A DNA stretch of 22,827 nt. It comes from Candidatus Hodarchaeota archaeon. GTDB taxonomy: Archaea; Asgardarchaeota; Heimdallarchaeia; Hodarchaeales; Hodarchaeaceae. The stretch lies in NCBI GenBank assembly GCA_016839815.1, contig JAEOTM010000049.1, positions 1 through 22,827 of the forward strand. Reading direction: 5' to 3'. The position numbers and the translations under genes were made by a program. The notes under the pieces are model-generated. The model was not told the DNA's origin and made no database searches. It saw only the letters and a list, made by a program, of their open reading frames with translations. How positions within the stretch are numbered: the first letter of the stretch is position 1; each line of letters starts with the position of its first letter. Shown here in pieces: positions 1 through 8,333 of the stretch.

Positions 1-1599
1 GGATTTGTCTCTAAATTTCAATAAGAATAATGGTAATGATTTCATGGGTTGGAGTAAAAACACCTCTTCCCAAGCCTTAATCAAATTCTTTTCAAAACCA
101 ACCCCTTCCACAAGTTTTTCTATATCATCTTTAGTTAGAATACTCGCAATTAGATTCTTGGGAAATGAAATTCTCGTACCAATAGTGATTATTTCTTCAT
201 AATGAGATTTAAAATGATTTTTCATATATTTTACTAATCTACTGTAGACTGGTGCTTCAATAGACACTGAAGTAACAAGTAATGGCTGAAAAAACTCATA
301 ATTCTCATATAAATAACTTAATTGAGTAATAAATTTGCTTTTAATAAGAAATTTGCTGATTTCATTAATTTTTTTCTTATCAAAACTTCCCAGAAGTTGA
401 GATACTTGTTTTCTATTAGTATAGTATTTTTGTTGAATGATTTGGCTAATCAGTTTCTTCCATTGGGCTGTATTCAGAGAAATTAATGAAGGCAGTAGTA
501 CTTCTTGCAAGTCTTCTTGTCTAGTTTCGAAGTATGTAGAACATATCCGTTCCTTATCATTTGTTGAAAATTTTTGAAATGCAGGAGTAAAAAATTCGGA
601 GTGCTGATTTAGATCTCTTTCGAGTACAGTAACTAGAGAATAAAGGTAATCAATTCCATACGAGTCTTGACGCTTACTTACGACTTCCAGTACTGAGGTA
701 GCAGCAGTATATAGTGATGATTTAATGGTTTTAGCCAGAAATTTTAATTCTTTTTCCTTTTCTCCCTCAGTTGTTTGAGAAAAAAATCTTTTAATTAGTG
801 AACCAGTTTGAATTTGATGTTTAGGAGGAATAGCGGCCAAAAAGGCATTATTCGTGACCTTTTTTAAGACTAACCAATCGATAAACTGCTGTTGTGCTTT
901 ACTAGAGGTATTACTGAATTTTTGGACAAGAAAATCTAGTTCTTCCTTTGAAATATCAAACAATTTTAAAAATACATCGATTTTCTTGGGGGAAAGTTTA
1001 TTTGGAAGACTCTGAGTAGAACAAGCATCGATAAGTCTTTCAGGGGGAACTGATCGAAAGAGAGGAAGAATTAAATCCGTAGGATGTTGAATATAGTTAG
1101 CGAGTGCAAGATACAACACACGGACATCACTTTTGACCCAAAGTATAAGCAAATTCACCAAGGATTTATCAGAAGTAGACAGGAGCGATTTATAACTTTC
1201 TTCACTGATCTTCGGATCTAATTTACCCAAAATTCTTCTGATCAAATTTTTGTCTAAGATCTCCCAATTTTGAACAATTTTGGTTAAAAACAGTGATTGT
1301 TCTGCTATTTCGACTGAAAGAAGGGCATCCAGAAAGCTTGAGTCTTTAAAACATTCTAGCAATTGAATAAATCGCTCAGATTCTAGCACCTCCAGATGCG
1401 TGAATATATATACTAAGCTATCGGGGAGAAGTTGCTCAAAACCGTAGATCATTTGTTTTGGTTCATTGTTTATCCGAAAATTTTGAAAGAAAAGGGTTAT
1501 AGCATGGTTAGGATCATCTTTCACCAGATTAGTGATCTTCTTTTTCCAGACAAATGGTACTCGTCCCAAAGAAAGCTTCTCATAATCAGGTTCTACCAT
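1..1599 (-). CDS. Large hypothetical, predicted all-alpha-helical protein, 3'-truncated by the window edge (>533 aa); possible alpha-solenoid
   Basis: Not in the ORF track because no stop lies inside the window. Read manually: the minus frame is open from ATG at 1599 (MVEPDYEKLSLGRVPFVWKKKITNLVKDDPNHAITLFFQNFRINNEPKQMIYGFEQLLPDSLVYIFTHLEVLESERFIQLLECFKDSSFLDAL...) to position 1. Leu/Ile/Phe/Lys/Ser-rich amphipathic pattern; no catalytic motif recognised. Confidence 0.8.
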   Translation of the reverse strand, partial: MVEPDYEKLSLGRVPFVWKKKITNLVKDDPNHAITLFFQNFRINNEPKQMIYGFEQLLPDSLVYIFTHLEVLESERFIQLLECFKDSSFLDALLSVEIAEQSLFLTKIVQNWEILDKNLIRRILGKLDPKISEESYKSLLSTSDKSLVNLLILWVKSDVRVLYLALANYIQHPTDLILPLFRSVPPERLIDACSTQSLPNKLSPKKIDVFLKLFDISKEELDFLVQKFSNTSSKAQQQFIDWLVLKKVTNNAFLAAIPPKHQIQTGSLIKRFFSQTTEGEKEKELKFLAKTIKSSLYTAATSVLEVVSKRQDSYGIDYLYSLVTVLERDLNQHSEFFTPAFQKFSTNDKERICSTYFETRQEDLQEVLLPSLISLNTAQWKKLISQIIQQKYYTNRKQVSQLLGSFDKKKINEISKFLIKSKFITQLSYLYENYEFFQPLLVTSVSIEAPVYSRLVKYMKNHFKSHYEEIITIGTRISFPKNLIASILTKDDIEKLVEGVGFEKNLIKAWEEVFLLQPMKSLPLFLLKFRDKS

Positions 1600-1721
1600 T
1601 GCAGTCAGAATTCCAAGTGATATCTTGAGCTCATAAGAACTCTTGAGCTAAAAAAGTTAACGTTAGGGGGTGTTGATATCAGGAAAGGGAAGATTTCCTT
1701 ATTGAAAACGGTCAAACAGGT

Positions 1722-1746
1722 AAAAAAAGAGGAGAAAAAAGGAGAA
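1722..1746 (-). terminator. Pyrimidine/oligo-T tract, probable archaeal-type terminator of pepF
   Basis: The plus strand is purine-only (aaaaaaagaggagaaaaaaggagaa), i.e. T-rich on the minus strand, immediately after the stop at 1749. Confidence 0.5.
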
Positions 1747-1748
1747 TT

Positions 1749-3521
1749 TCAGGAACGTTTATCAACTATTTCCTTAAATTCAGTCAAAAGTCCATTTAGA
1801 TAATCAAATCCTGCTTGCCAGAATTCTTCCTTGCGAATATCTAAACCTACGGATGTAGCCAAGTCAATTGGAAACTGGGAACCACCAGCTTCAAGAATAC
1901 TCTTTAATTTTGGAATGAATGAATTTCCTTCTTCAAGATATTGTTGGTACAAACCAAGGACAAATAACATGCCAAATGAGTACGCATAGCAATAGTAACG
2001 AGTAAAGAGAAAATGTGGAATGGATGCCCAGTTTGCACTTTGTTCGGAAAGGAAATCTACAGAATCAGCATAGGCCTCTTTGACGTACTTGTCCCAGATA
2101 TCACTCATTTCTTGGAATGAGAGGGTTTGATTTGCTCCCTTTAAATGACATTCTTTTTCAAAAAAGATATACATTGTTTGACGGGAAATGGTTCCAATTG
2201 CATCTTCCAACTGGTTAACCAGAAGGGTGAGTTTTCCATCCTCATCGTCCATTGTTTTAAGAAGTTTGGAAGTAAGTATTTGTTCCCCAAATACCGAAGC
2301 TGTCTCTGCTACAACCAATGGAGGATGATAATTGAATAACGTCTGCTTACGGGCTGAAAACATATCGTGAAGAGCATGGCCCATTTCATGAGCAAGCGTA
2401 GCTACCCCATCTGAAGTACCGTCAAAGGACATGTGAATAACAGGCTTTAGTTGAGGAGTTATTCCTGCACAAAATGCTCCTGTTCGTTTACCTTTCCTAA
2501 TCTCTGAATCAATTAGGTTTTCATCAAATAACCGTTGGGCCATCTGTCCAATTTCAGAATCAAATTCATTATAAGCGGACATTACCGCCTCTTCTGCTTC
2601 CTTCCATGAATATTTGGTAACTTTGGTGATGGGAGCATAAAGGTCTGATCCTTTAATTACTTCACCTTGTCCCATCAACTTTGCTTTGGCTTTATAGTAC
2701 TCCTGGACAAGTGTAAAGTTCTTCTTTACAACACCCATCATTGTTTCAACAATTTTTTCATCTGTTTGGTTCCGTAGATGAGCAATGGTCATTGTGGTTG
2801 GGTATTTCCGTAGATCAACATTCTGACCATGGTCTTTCCAGATATTATTGAAGCTATGCGAAATAGCAATAGAATTATCCATATATTTCTGATAATAGGC
2901 CTTGAAAACATTTTCTCGTGTAATAGGGTTTGGATCTCGGAATAAGGGGCGAATTTCCCCCTGGGAAAGCACTTTCTTTTCTCCTTCAATTTCAACCTCA
3001 AATTTAAAATCAGCAGTATATTCCTCATAGAACTTGACCCAGGCACTGGTGCCTACAAGAGCTTTTTGATTTAAAACCTGTTCTACTGGTTCAGATAGCT
3101 GATAAGGTTCTCGTAATCGTAAAACCTTCAAATAATGATGATAGTTCGATAAAAGAGGGTCCTCTAATAGCTTGGTAAAACTCTCGGAGTCCATCTTGTT
3201 TATTTCTAAACTGATCCAAATAAGTTTGTTACCCACAGCAACACTTTTCTGTTGTACTTTAGCAAATAATGCCTTAAAATTATCATTTGTAGTTTCCTGT
3301 GAAAAAAGTAAAGACCCAAATGAGCCACATTTCACCAAATATGATCCAATTTCCTCATGTTGTTGAAGAAATAATACAAAATCAGAGGAAGAAAGAGTAG
3401 CAAGCTTTCCACGGTATTTACCAATTTCGTCTGCCAGCTGATCTGCTTTCTTTAAATCCATTTCAATTTGTGGATCGTCAAATCCTTTGTAAACAAACGT
3501 TAAGTCCCAAGTTGTTGTCAT
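1749..3521 (-). CDS. pepF: M3B family oligoendopeptidase F (zinc metallopeptidase)
   Basis: 590 aa. N-terminal WDL, RKGKRTGAFC, HExxH zinc motif (AHEMGH), third ligand in AETAS, W.SIPHF...YYCYAYSFG and a GGS.P C-terminal motif, all typical of PepF/M3B. Confidence 0.93.
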   Translation of the reverse strand: MTTTWDLTFVYKGFDDPQIEMDLKKADQLADEIGKYRGKLATLSSSDFVLFLQQHEEIGSYLVKCGSFGSLLFSQETTNDNFKALFAKVQQKSVAVGNKLIWISLEINKMDSESFTKLLEDPLLSNYHHYLKVLRLREPYQLSEPVEQVLNQKALVGTSAWVKFYEEYTADFKFEVEIEGEKKVLSQGEIRPLFRDPNPITRENVFKAYYQKYMDNSIAISHSFNNIWKDHGQNVDLRKYPTTMTIAHLRNQTDEKIVETMMGVVKKNFTLVQEYYKAKAKLMGQGEVIKGSDLYAPITKVTKYSWKEAEEAVMSAYNEFDSEIGQMAQRLFDENLIDSEIRKGKRTGAFCAGITPQLKPVIHMSFDGTSDGVATLAHEMGHALHDMFSARKQTLFNYHPPLVVAETASVFGEQILTSKLLKTMDDEDGKLTLLVNQLEDAIGTISRQTMYIFFEKECHLKGANQTLSFQEMSDIWDKYVKEAYADSVDFLSEQSANWASIPHFLFTRYYCYAYSFGMLFVLGLYQQYLEEGNSFIPKLKSILEAGGSQFPIDLATSVGLDIRKEEFWQAGFDYLNGLLTEFKEIVDKRS

Positions 3522-3938
3522 TTTATCACAAATCCTTTAAAACTTGATAAGCAGTTAGTTAGATAATTTTGAATGTGATTTTAATTATTCATTCCCTTTG
3601 AGGAACAGAATTCCTTTGAGATTATTCTATTCATTCATACTCAAAAAGAAATCTAGAAAGATGGTTTTATGAGATTAGATCATATAACGTAATTACGGTG
3701 ATATCTTTCATATTACGTAAAAAAAAAGTGTTTTGATGAGAAAGAACCTCATTTTAATCTACAATCATCTACAATATCCTTACTTAACCTAACTATTGAT
3801 CAGGATAAAATGTAATTAAATTATCGGACTTAATTCTTATAAGTAGGATTTGTACTCTGAGGTTCTTAATTATCAACTAGCAATTGTTGAGAATTGAGCA
3901 TCTGCTAGAAGAAATGAATTGGTAGAAAGTGAAGATAT

Positions 3939-5210
3939 ATGAAAACACAATTATTAGAAGACGCCGTATTGGCTGAAATGAACCTAAGCAAGCAGTATGG
4001 GATCTTCAATGGGAATATGATGATGCTATTATCGGATGAGGATAAAGCTTTTGTTGAGAAGATTCAGAGTGTCTGTTTGGAGAAAGATGAAGAGATCGGA
4101 GGAACTCCTGGACATAATAGTATGGATATTTATGAGTTATTCCCTTGGGCAGGAAGTCATGGACTTATTAACAGAACTAATGAATACCCTCATCGTGATG
4201 ATCTAGAAATCGGGTTAAAACCTGAAATTCTAAGGCAATGGACAATGGATATCTTTAATCCACAATTAAGTATGGCTCTGGGCGCCTCCGTTCTGGCGAT
4301 TAACCCAATCGCTCATCATAATGAAGGCAGAGACCCACTAGTGAACGATCTTAAGGATTTACTCGATGGGAAGAAAATTGGATGCATTGGAATTACTGAA
4401 CCCCTGCAAGGATCTGATGCAGTTAATATGAAGGTGAAAGCAGAAAAAGTTGATGACGGAATTGTGATCAATGGTGAAAAATGCTATACAACTAATAGCC
4501 CCAAAGCAGATTTATGTGTAGTCTACGCAGTTTACAATCCTGAAGATCCCCGTAGTACAATGGTTCAAGGTGTTTCACATAAAGACTGGTCTACTGGTTT
4601 CAAAGCTGAACGAATCGGTATCCCCTCAGTAAATAAAATTCATATTGGAAAAACGATTTTCAACGACTCACACATTCCTACAGACTATATTACAGGTGAT
4701 AATGGCGCTGGATATGAAATTCTATTTGAAGGATTAGTACCTGAACGAATTGGAATTGCAGCAGAATGTGTAGGAAATATGTGGGGTGCTTTCACACTTG
4801 CATCAATTTACACGACTGTAAGAAAACAATTTGGTGAAAAGATCCTGAGACATCAAGCAGTTGGAATGTCTGTCATGGCAAAATACCATGCACGCTTAAC
4901 AACTGCCACAATGGCCCTCCTAAAATTAGCGGAAACTTACGATGCAAAAAAGGAAGAACTCGCAGACATTCCACCCACTATGAACCCACTAGTTGCCACA
5001 TCCTCTCATATGAAAGAATATTGTTCATTCTTGAACCATGAGTTATGTTATGAGCTGATGCATGCAATGGGTGGAACTGGTGTTACTGATCAAACCAAAA
5101 TGCCTCATTATCAAGGTCTTTCTGAAATATCAGAAGTAGTTGGTGGCACTAGAAACGTACAACTGTTGATCGGTTCCCGAACAATCAATACCATGGTTAA
5201 GATGGCTTAG
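3939..5210 (+). CDS. Acyl-CoA dehydrogenase, divergent, with IVD/LCAD-type catalytic Glu placement
   Basis: 423 aa. GCIGITEPLQGSDA, INGEKCYTTN, RKQFG, HAMGGTG, and C-terminal EVVGGTRNVQ; GLVPERIG carries a Glu at the IVD/LCAD position. Confidence 0.88.
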   Translation: MKTQLLEDAVLAEMNLSKQYGIFNGNMMMLLSDEDKAFVEKIQSVCLEKDEEIGGTPGHNSMDIYELFPWAGSHGLINRTNEYPHRDDLEIGLKPEILRQWTMDIFNPQLSMALGASVLAINPIAHHNEGRDPLVNDLKDLLDGKKIGCIGITEPLQGSDAVNMKVKAEKVDDGIVINGEKCYTTNSPKADLCVVYAVYNPEDPRSTMVQGVSHKDWSTGFKAERIGIPSVNKIHIGKTIFNDSHIPTDYITGDNGAGYEILFEGLVPERIGIAAECVGNMWGAFTLASIYTTVRKQFGEKILRHQAVGMSVMAKYHARLTTATMALLKLAETYDAKKEELADIPPTMNPLVATSSHMKEYCSFLNHELCYELMHAMGGTGVTDQTKMPHYQGLSEISEVVGGTRNVQLLIGSRTINTMVKMA

Positions 5211-5224
5211 CCAGTTCTAAACCA

Positions 5225-5252
5225 TCTCTTTCTTCTTTTTTTCTTTCTTTTT
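5225..5252 (+). terminator. Oligo-T terminator
   Basis: 28-nt pure C/T tract (tctctttcttctttttttctttcttttt) starting 15 nt after the stop at 5210. Confidence 0.6.
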
Positions 5253-5503
5253 AATCCACATCTTAAAATTGCTGTTTTTTGTTTAAATAAACCCATTCTT
5301 TACTCTAGCCAAAATATGTACTTTTTTTCTAAAAAGTGGATATTGGTGAGTAATGCTAAGTAAATAGGGATTCTGTATCTTCCAATTAAAATTCTGCGGA
5401 TATTTTGTCGAGAATTATTTATTACTGATTTAGCCATATTTTTTCTTGTAAAACTACTGTATTCAAGAAAAAAAACGGGATAAATTCTCTAGGTGGCCAG
5501 TAG

Positions 5504-6415
5504 ATGACTTTACTTGCGGTCAAGGTGTTTGATGATGAGAATCGAGAGATAATTTCCACAATTTCTGTCACTCCCGATGACTGCCAACTCTCAACAAGTC
5601 TACCTATCATTCGTAGACTTCTTAGTCAGAATAATAATGGCCTTCCTATACAAGGATGGGTTTGCGGAGAAAGATTTTTAGCCTTTTCTTATTTAAAAGC
5701 CCAAAGGGCTCTTTTAGTTGCTATCGCCAGCATCAATACTTCCTTTTCTAAGCTCAAGTCTTTTCTAAGAATTTTAAGTAAGTCATACAAATCAGATCTT
5801 TTTGAAAAGCATGAATCTTCTTTCCAAAAAGACTTCCAGGATATATGTGATACAATCGTTAGAATGGTGGATTCCTCGACTACACTCAGCATTGCATTAT
5901 TGGGTTTAGCTCGTTCAGGGAAGACGACATTCGTCCATCAATATATCACAGACCAACAACTTGCAGGTTTCGATTTATATGAACCAACAAAACTTGTAAA
6001 TATTGTTACACAAGAAAATCCTAGTGAAAGGCCACATTTGAAATTCTACGATCTTGGGATGGCTTTTCAACAACATTGGTATAAATTTAGTACAGAATCT
6101 GACGGGTATATCTTTTTTGTCGATGTGTCTAATAGTAGGTCTATTAACGCCTCAAAAGAACTCTTAGAGGAAATTCGTAATTTCTGGGACTTACCATTTG
6201 TGATTGCCGCCAATAAAATCGATATTGGATCAGTTAAGAATGTTAGAAGGTATCTTTCCAGAAAATTTCTAGTACCCATTAGATTAATTTACGAAACGGA
6301 GTCTTCTACAGGTATGGGATTTGAATCGCTCATTCAAGGTTTGTTAGTTGAGATCCACAAGTCAAATTCTTACTCCCCGATTGTTCAGTCTCAACCTACG
6401 AAGAGAGAATATTAA
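5504..6415 (+). CDS. Arf/Rab-like small GTPase with an N-terminal ~125-aa longin-like domain
   Basis: G1 GLARSGKTT, G2 YEPT, G3 degenerate YDLGMA, Arf-like GYIFFVDVS, G4 NKID, G5-like ETESSTGMG. The N-terminal pattern (two strands, helix, three strands, two helices) resembles a longin fold; this is judged by eye. Confidence 0.8.
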   Translation: MTLLAVKVFDDENREIISTISVTPDDCQLSTSLPIIRRLLSQNNNGLPIQGWVCGERFLAFSYLKAQRALLVAIASINTSFSKLKSFLRILSKSYKSDLFEKHESSFQKDFQDICDTIVRMVDSSTTLSIALLGLARSGKTTFVHQYITDQQLAGFDLYEPTKLVNIVTQENPSERPHLKFYDLGMAFQQHWYKFSTESDGYIFFVDVSNSRSINASKELLEEIRNFWDLPFVIAANKIDIGSVKNVRRYLSRKFLVPIRLIYETESSTGMGFESLIQGLLVEIHKSNSYSPIVQSQPTKREY

Positions 6416-7299
6416 GGTCTACTCAGATAAAAATCAGCAATATTTTCTGAAACAAACTTGTTAGAACCAAAACTTAAAAGTGTACTTCCCTCTGGAAGGC
6501 CTACTTCCTTTGAAATTACTTCACATTTCAAAATTAACAGAAAAAAAATATTTTCGATATCATGAAGATCTTCAAAATTCGCTTGCCCCTTACTAATGAC
6601 CACATCAGTTTCTTGAAGGAATGATAGAAATTTTGGATCACGTCGATCTTTTTCAACTTCATATACTTCGATTTGAGGGATAGAAGAAATTCCAACATCT
6701 TCTGCATCAGTTTTCATTGCATCATTCAATATCGGGTCTTTTTTCACCACAAATATTATTCGAGTGAGATTAAATTCGTGAAGTATAGTTTCTATCAGTA
6801 ATTTGTCGAATACGATTTCACCAGTGTTATCTGCAAGATAGATGAGTGAATCAGCAGTGGTTAAATGCTGTCGTAGAGTATTTATGTGGTTAATGGTTAA
6901 AGAGGATTCCAATATTTGACTGATTGTTTTAGTGACATCGAAAGGCTTTAATGCTCCGAAATCAATTATATTACCTGCGATTGCAAGCTTACAGGCTGTT
7001 AACAATAAATCGTCGGAAGATTTTACTATTTTTTTTAAGTCAGGATAAAGATCAAGGACAATTTGATTGTATTTATTTTTGAGTTCAGAATAGGGATCAG
7101 TATTCCCAGTTAATCGGCTAACTATGGCTTGGGTTTCGTAGGCAAGAAGGATAGTACGCGTATTCCATTCTGAATTATGTATGGTTTGAAGAGTTTCTCG
7201 GAGAATTTGCTTTTGAATTGTTACATCTTCTGTGGCCAACCGTGCGGCTTGTAAAACCTGTTTCTGAATACAGGGTATACATTCAAGATGTATTTTCAT
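6412..7299 (-). CDS. DUF89/ARMT1-like damage-control metal-dependent phosphatase (PH1575-like)
   Basis: N-terminal ECIPC, DPY..LK...N, AIAGNIIDFG, DNTGEIVFD, PILNDA, KGQANFE and LKC motifs. Start placed at the MKIHLECIPC ATG (7299), just after the upstream stop; the ORF track uses 7320. The stop overlaps the convergent GTPase stop (TTAA, 6412-6415). Confidence 0.9.
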   Translation of the reverse strand: MKIHLECIPCIQKQVLQAARLATEDVTIQKQILRETLQTIHNSEWNTRTILLAYETQAIVSRLTGNTDPYSELKNKYNQIVLDLYPDLKKIVKSSDDLLLTACKLAIAGNIIDFGALKPFDVTKTISQILESSLTINHINTLRQHLTTADSLIYLADNTGEIVFDKLLIETILHEFNLTRIIFVVKKDPILNDAMKTDAEDVGISSIPQIEVYEVEKDRRDPKFLSFLQETDVVISKGQANFEDLHDIENIFFLLILKCEVISKEVGLPEGSTLLSFGSNKFVSENIADFYLSRP

Positions 7300-7309
7300 T
7301 GTTAAGACC

Positions 7310-8191
7310 TCAGAATTCAAGTAGAAGTCCCAAAAGAACGAGAATATAAACAGAGATGATACTTACAATTGCAGCGCGATCGAGACGAATGATGAAATAG
7401 ACGGAAATCGCTCTTGCGGAAAGAATTATCACCCATAATTGTAGAATAATGGCCCCTAAAAGCGAAAGAACATTTTCTGTTTGTATATCAATGACATTAA
7501 ATATCGCTAGAATTGGTATGATACTAAGGGGAAAGAGAGAGATACCTAACAGCGTAGAAAGAGGTATTATATCCTTGAAAACAACACTTTTATCTCTTAA
7601 GTGGATCTTTGCAATAAATATCGTGACGAGAGATAAAACTACCCATGAAATAAGGACTGAGATCAAACTTAGCAGGAAATCGTTTTTATTATTCACCGCA
7701 TTGAAAAAAAGAAATACTAAAACTGACTGTGATTCCGCTGTAACAATCGCAAAGAGCAAGAAAAAGAGAATTAACCAACCTATGAACATTAAGATTGATT
7801 TCTTGACAAAGAAAAATAAAGAGGAGGGAGCAAGAATGTTCCAGATATAAGAAGCAGGTGAAGATTTCTTTAAATCGCCTTTAGTAAGGAATTCAGATTT
7901 ATCTTGGGTTGAATTAAGTAGATTATGTGCGAACCAACCACTTTCAGAAAGAATCCATGCTTTTTCTGAAGTTTGTGTTAGAAGAGATCCCAGTAAACCA
8001 ATATGATGATAGATTGACCCTACCTGAATTTTCTTTGCTTGTCTATTTGAATTTAAAAAGCTTTGTAGGGCCGTGAAGCCAACTCCCTGCCTCTCGTGCG
8101 AATTGGCTAGAATAAGAATAATTTGCTGTCGAATGGGATGGGATAATGCCTTAAATATTTCTGTTACATCTTTATCCTGTAACTTAGGCAT
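7310..8191 (-). CDS. ArsR-like winged-helix domain fused to a ~5-TM membrane domain (Yip1-like); candidate membrane-tethered regulator
   Basis: N-terminal EIFKALSHPIRQQII...GSIYHHIGLLG...WILSESG is an ArsR-type wHTH. The C-terminal ~180 aa has about five hydrophobic segments, beginning with NILAPSSLF and ending W...SARAI.......RAAIV, as in prokaryotic Yip1 domains. GAGGA RBS-like sequence upstream. Confidence 0.72.
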   Translation of the reverse strand: MPKLQDKDVTEIFKALSHPIRQQIILILANSHERQGVGFTALQSFLNSNRQAKKIQVGSIYHHIGLLGSLLTQTSEKAWILSESGWFAHNLLNSTQDKSEFLTKGDLKKSSPASYIWNILAPSSLFFFVKKSILMFIGWLILFFLLFAIVTAESQSVLVFLFFNAVNNKNDFLLSLISVLISWVVLSLVTIFIAKIHLRDKSVVFKDIIPLSTLLGISLFPLSIIPILAIFNVIDIQTENVLSLLGAIILQLWVIILSARAISVYFIIRLDRAAIVSIISVYILVLLGLLLEF

Positions 8192-8294
8192 TGTATATTC
8201 CTCATAAGAATGTTCCTTTAAAAATTAACGCTTTTTCGTATTGGAAATAGGATTAAAAATAAGCATAGCAAGGATCAAGTCCTTTCTGTATTTT

Positions 8295-8327
8295 AAAAAA
8301 TAAAAAAAAAATGAAGGGAGGAAGAAA
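8295..8327 (-). terminator. Oligo-T terminator after the surface protein gene
   Basis: A6-T-A10 run followed by a purine tract on the plus strand, which is T-rich on the minus strand directly after the stop at 8334. Confidence 0.55.
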
Positions 8328-8333
8328 TCTAAA

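Noticed and set aside
5-1620. Short plus-strand ORFs 5..202 and 1432..1620
   Set aside because: They are antisense shadows of the long open minus-strand frame <1..1599.
8201-8210. Shared 10-mer CTCATAAGAA at 1630-1639 and 8201-8210, upstream of two minus-strand genes
   Set aside because: AT-rich, at different distances from the starts, and overlapping the RBS in one case; compatible with chance.
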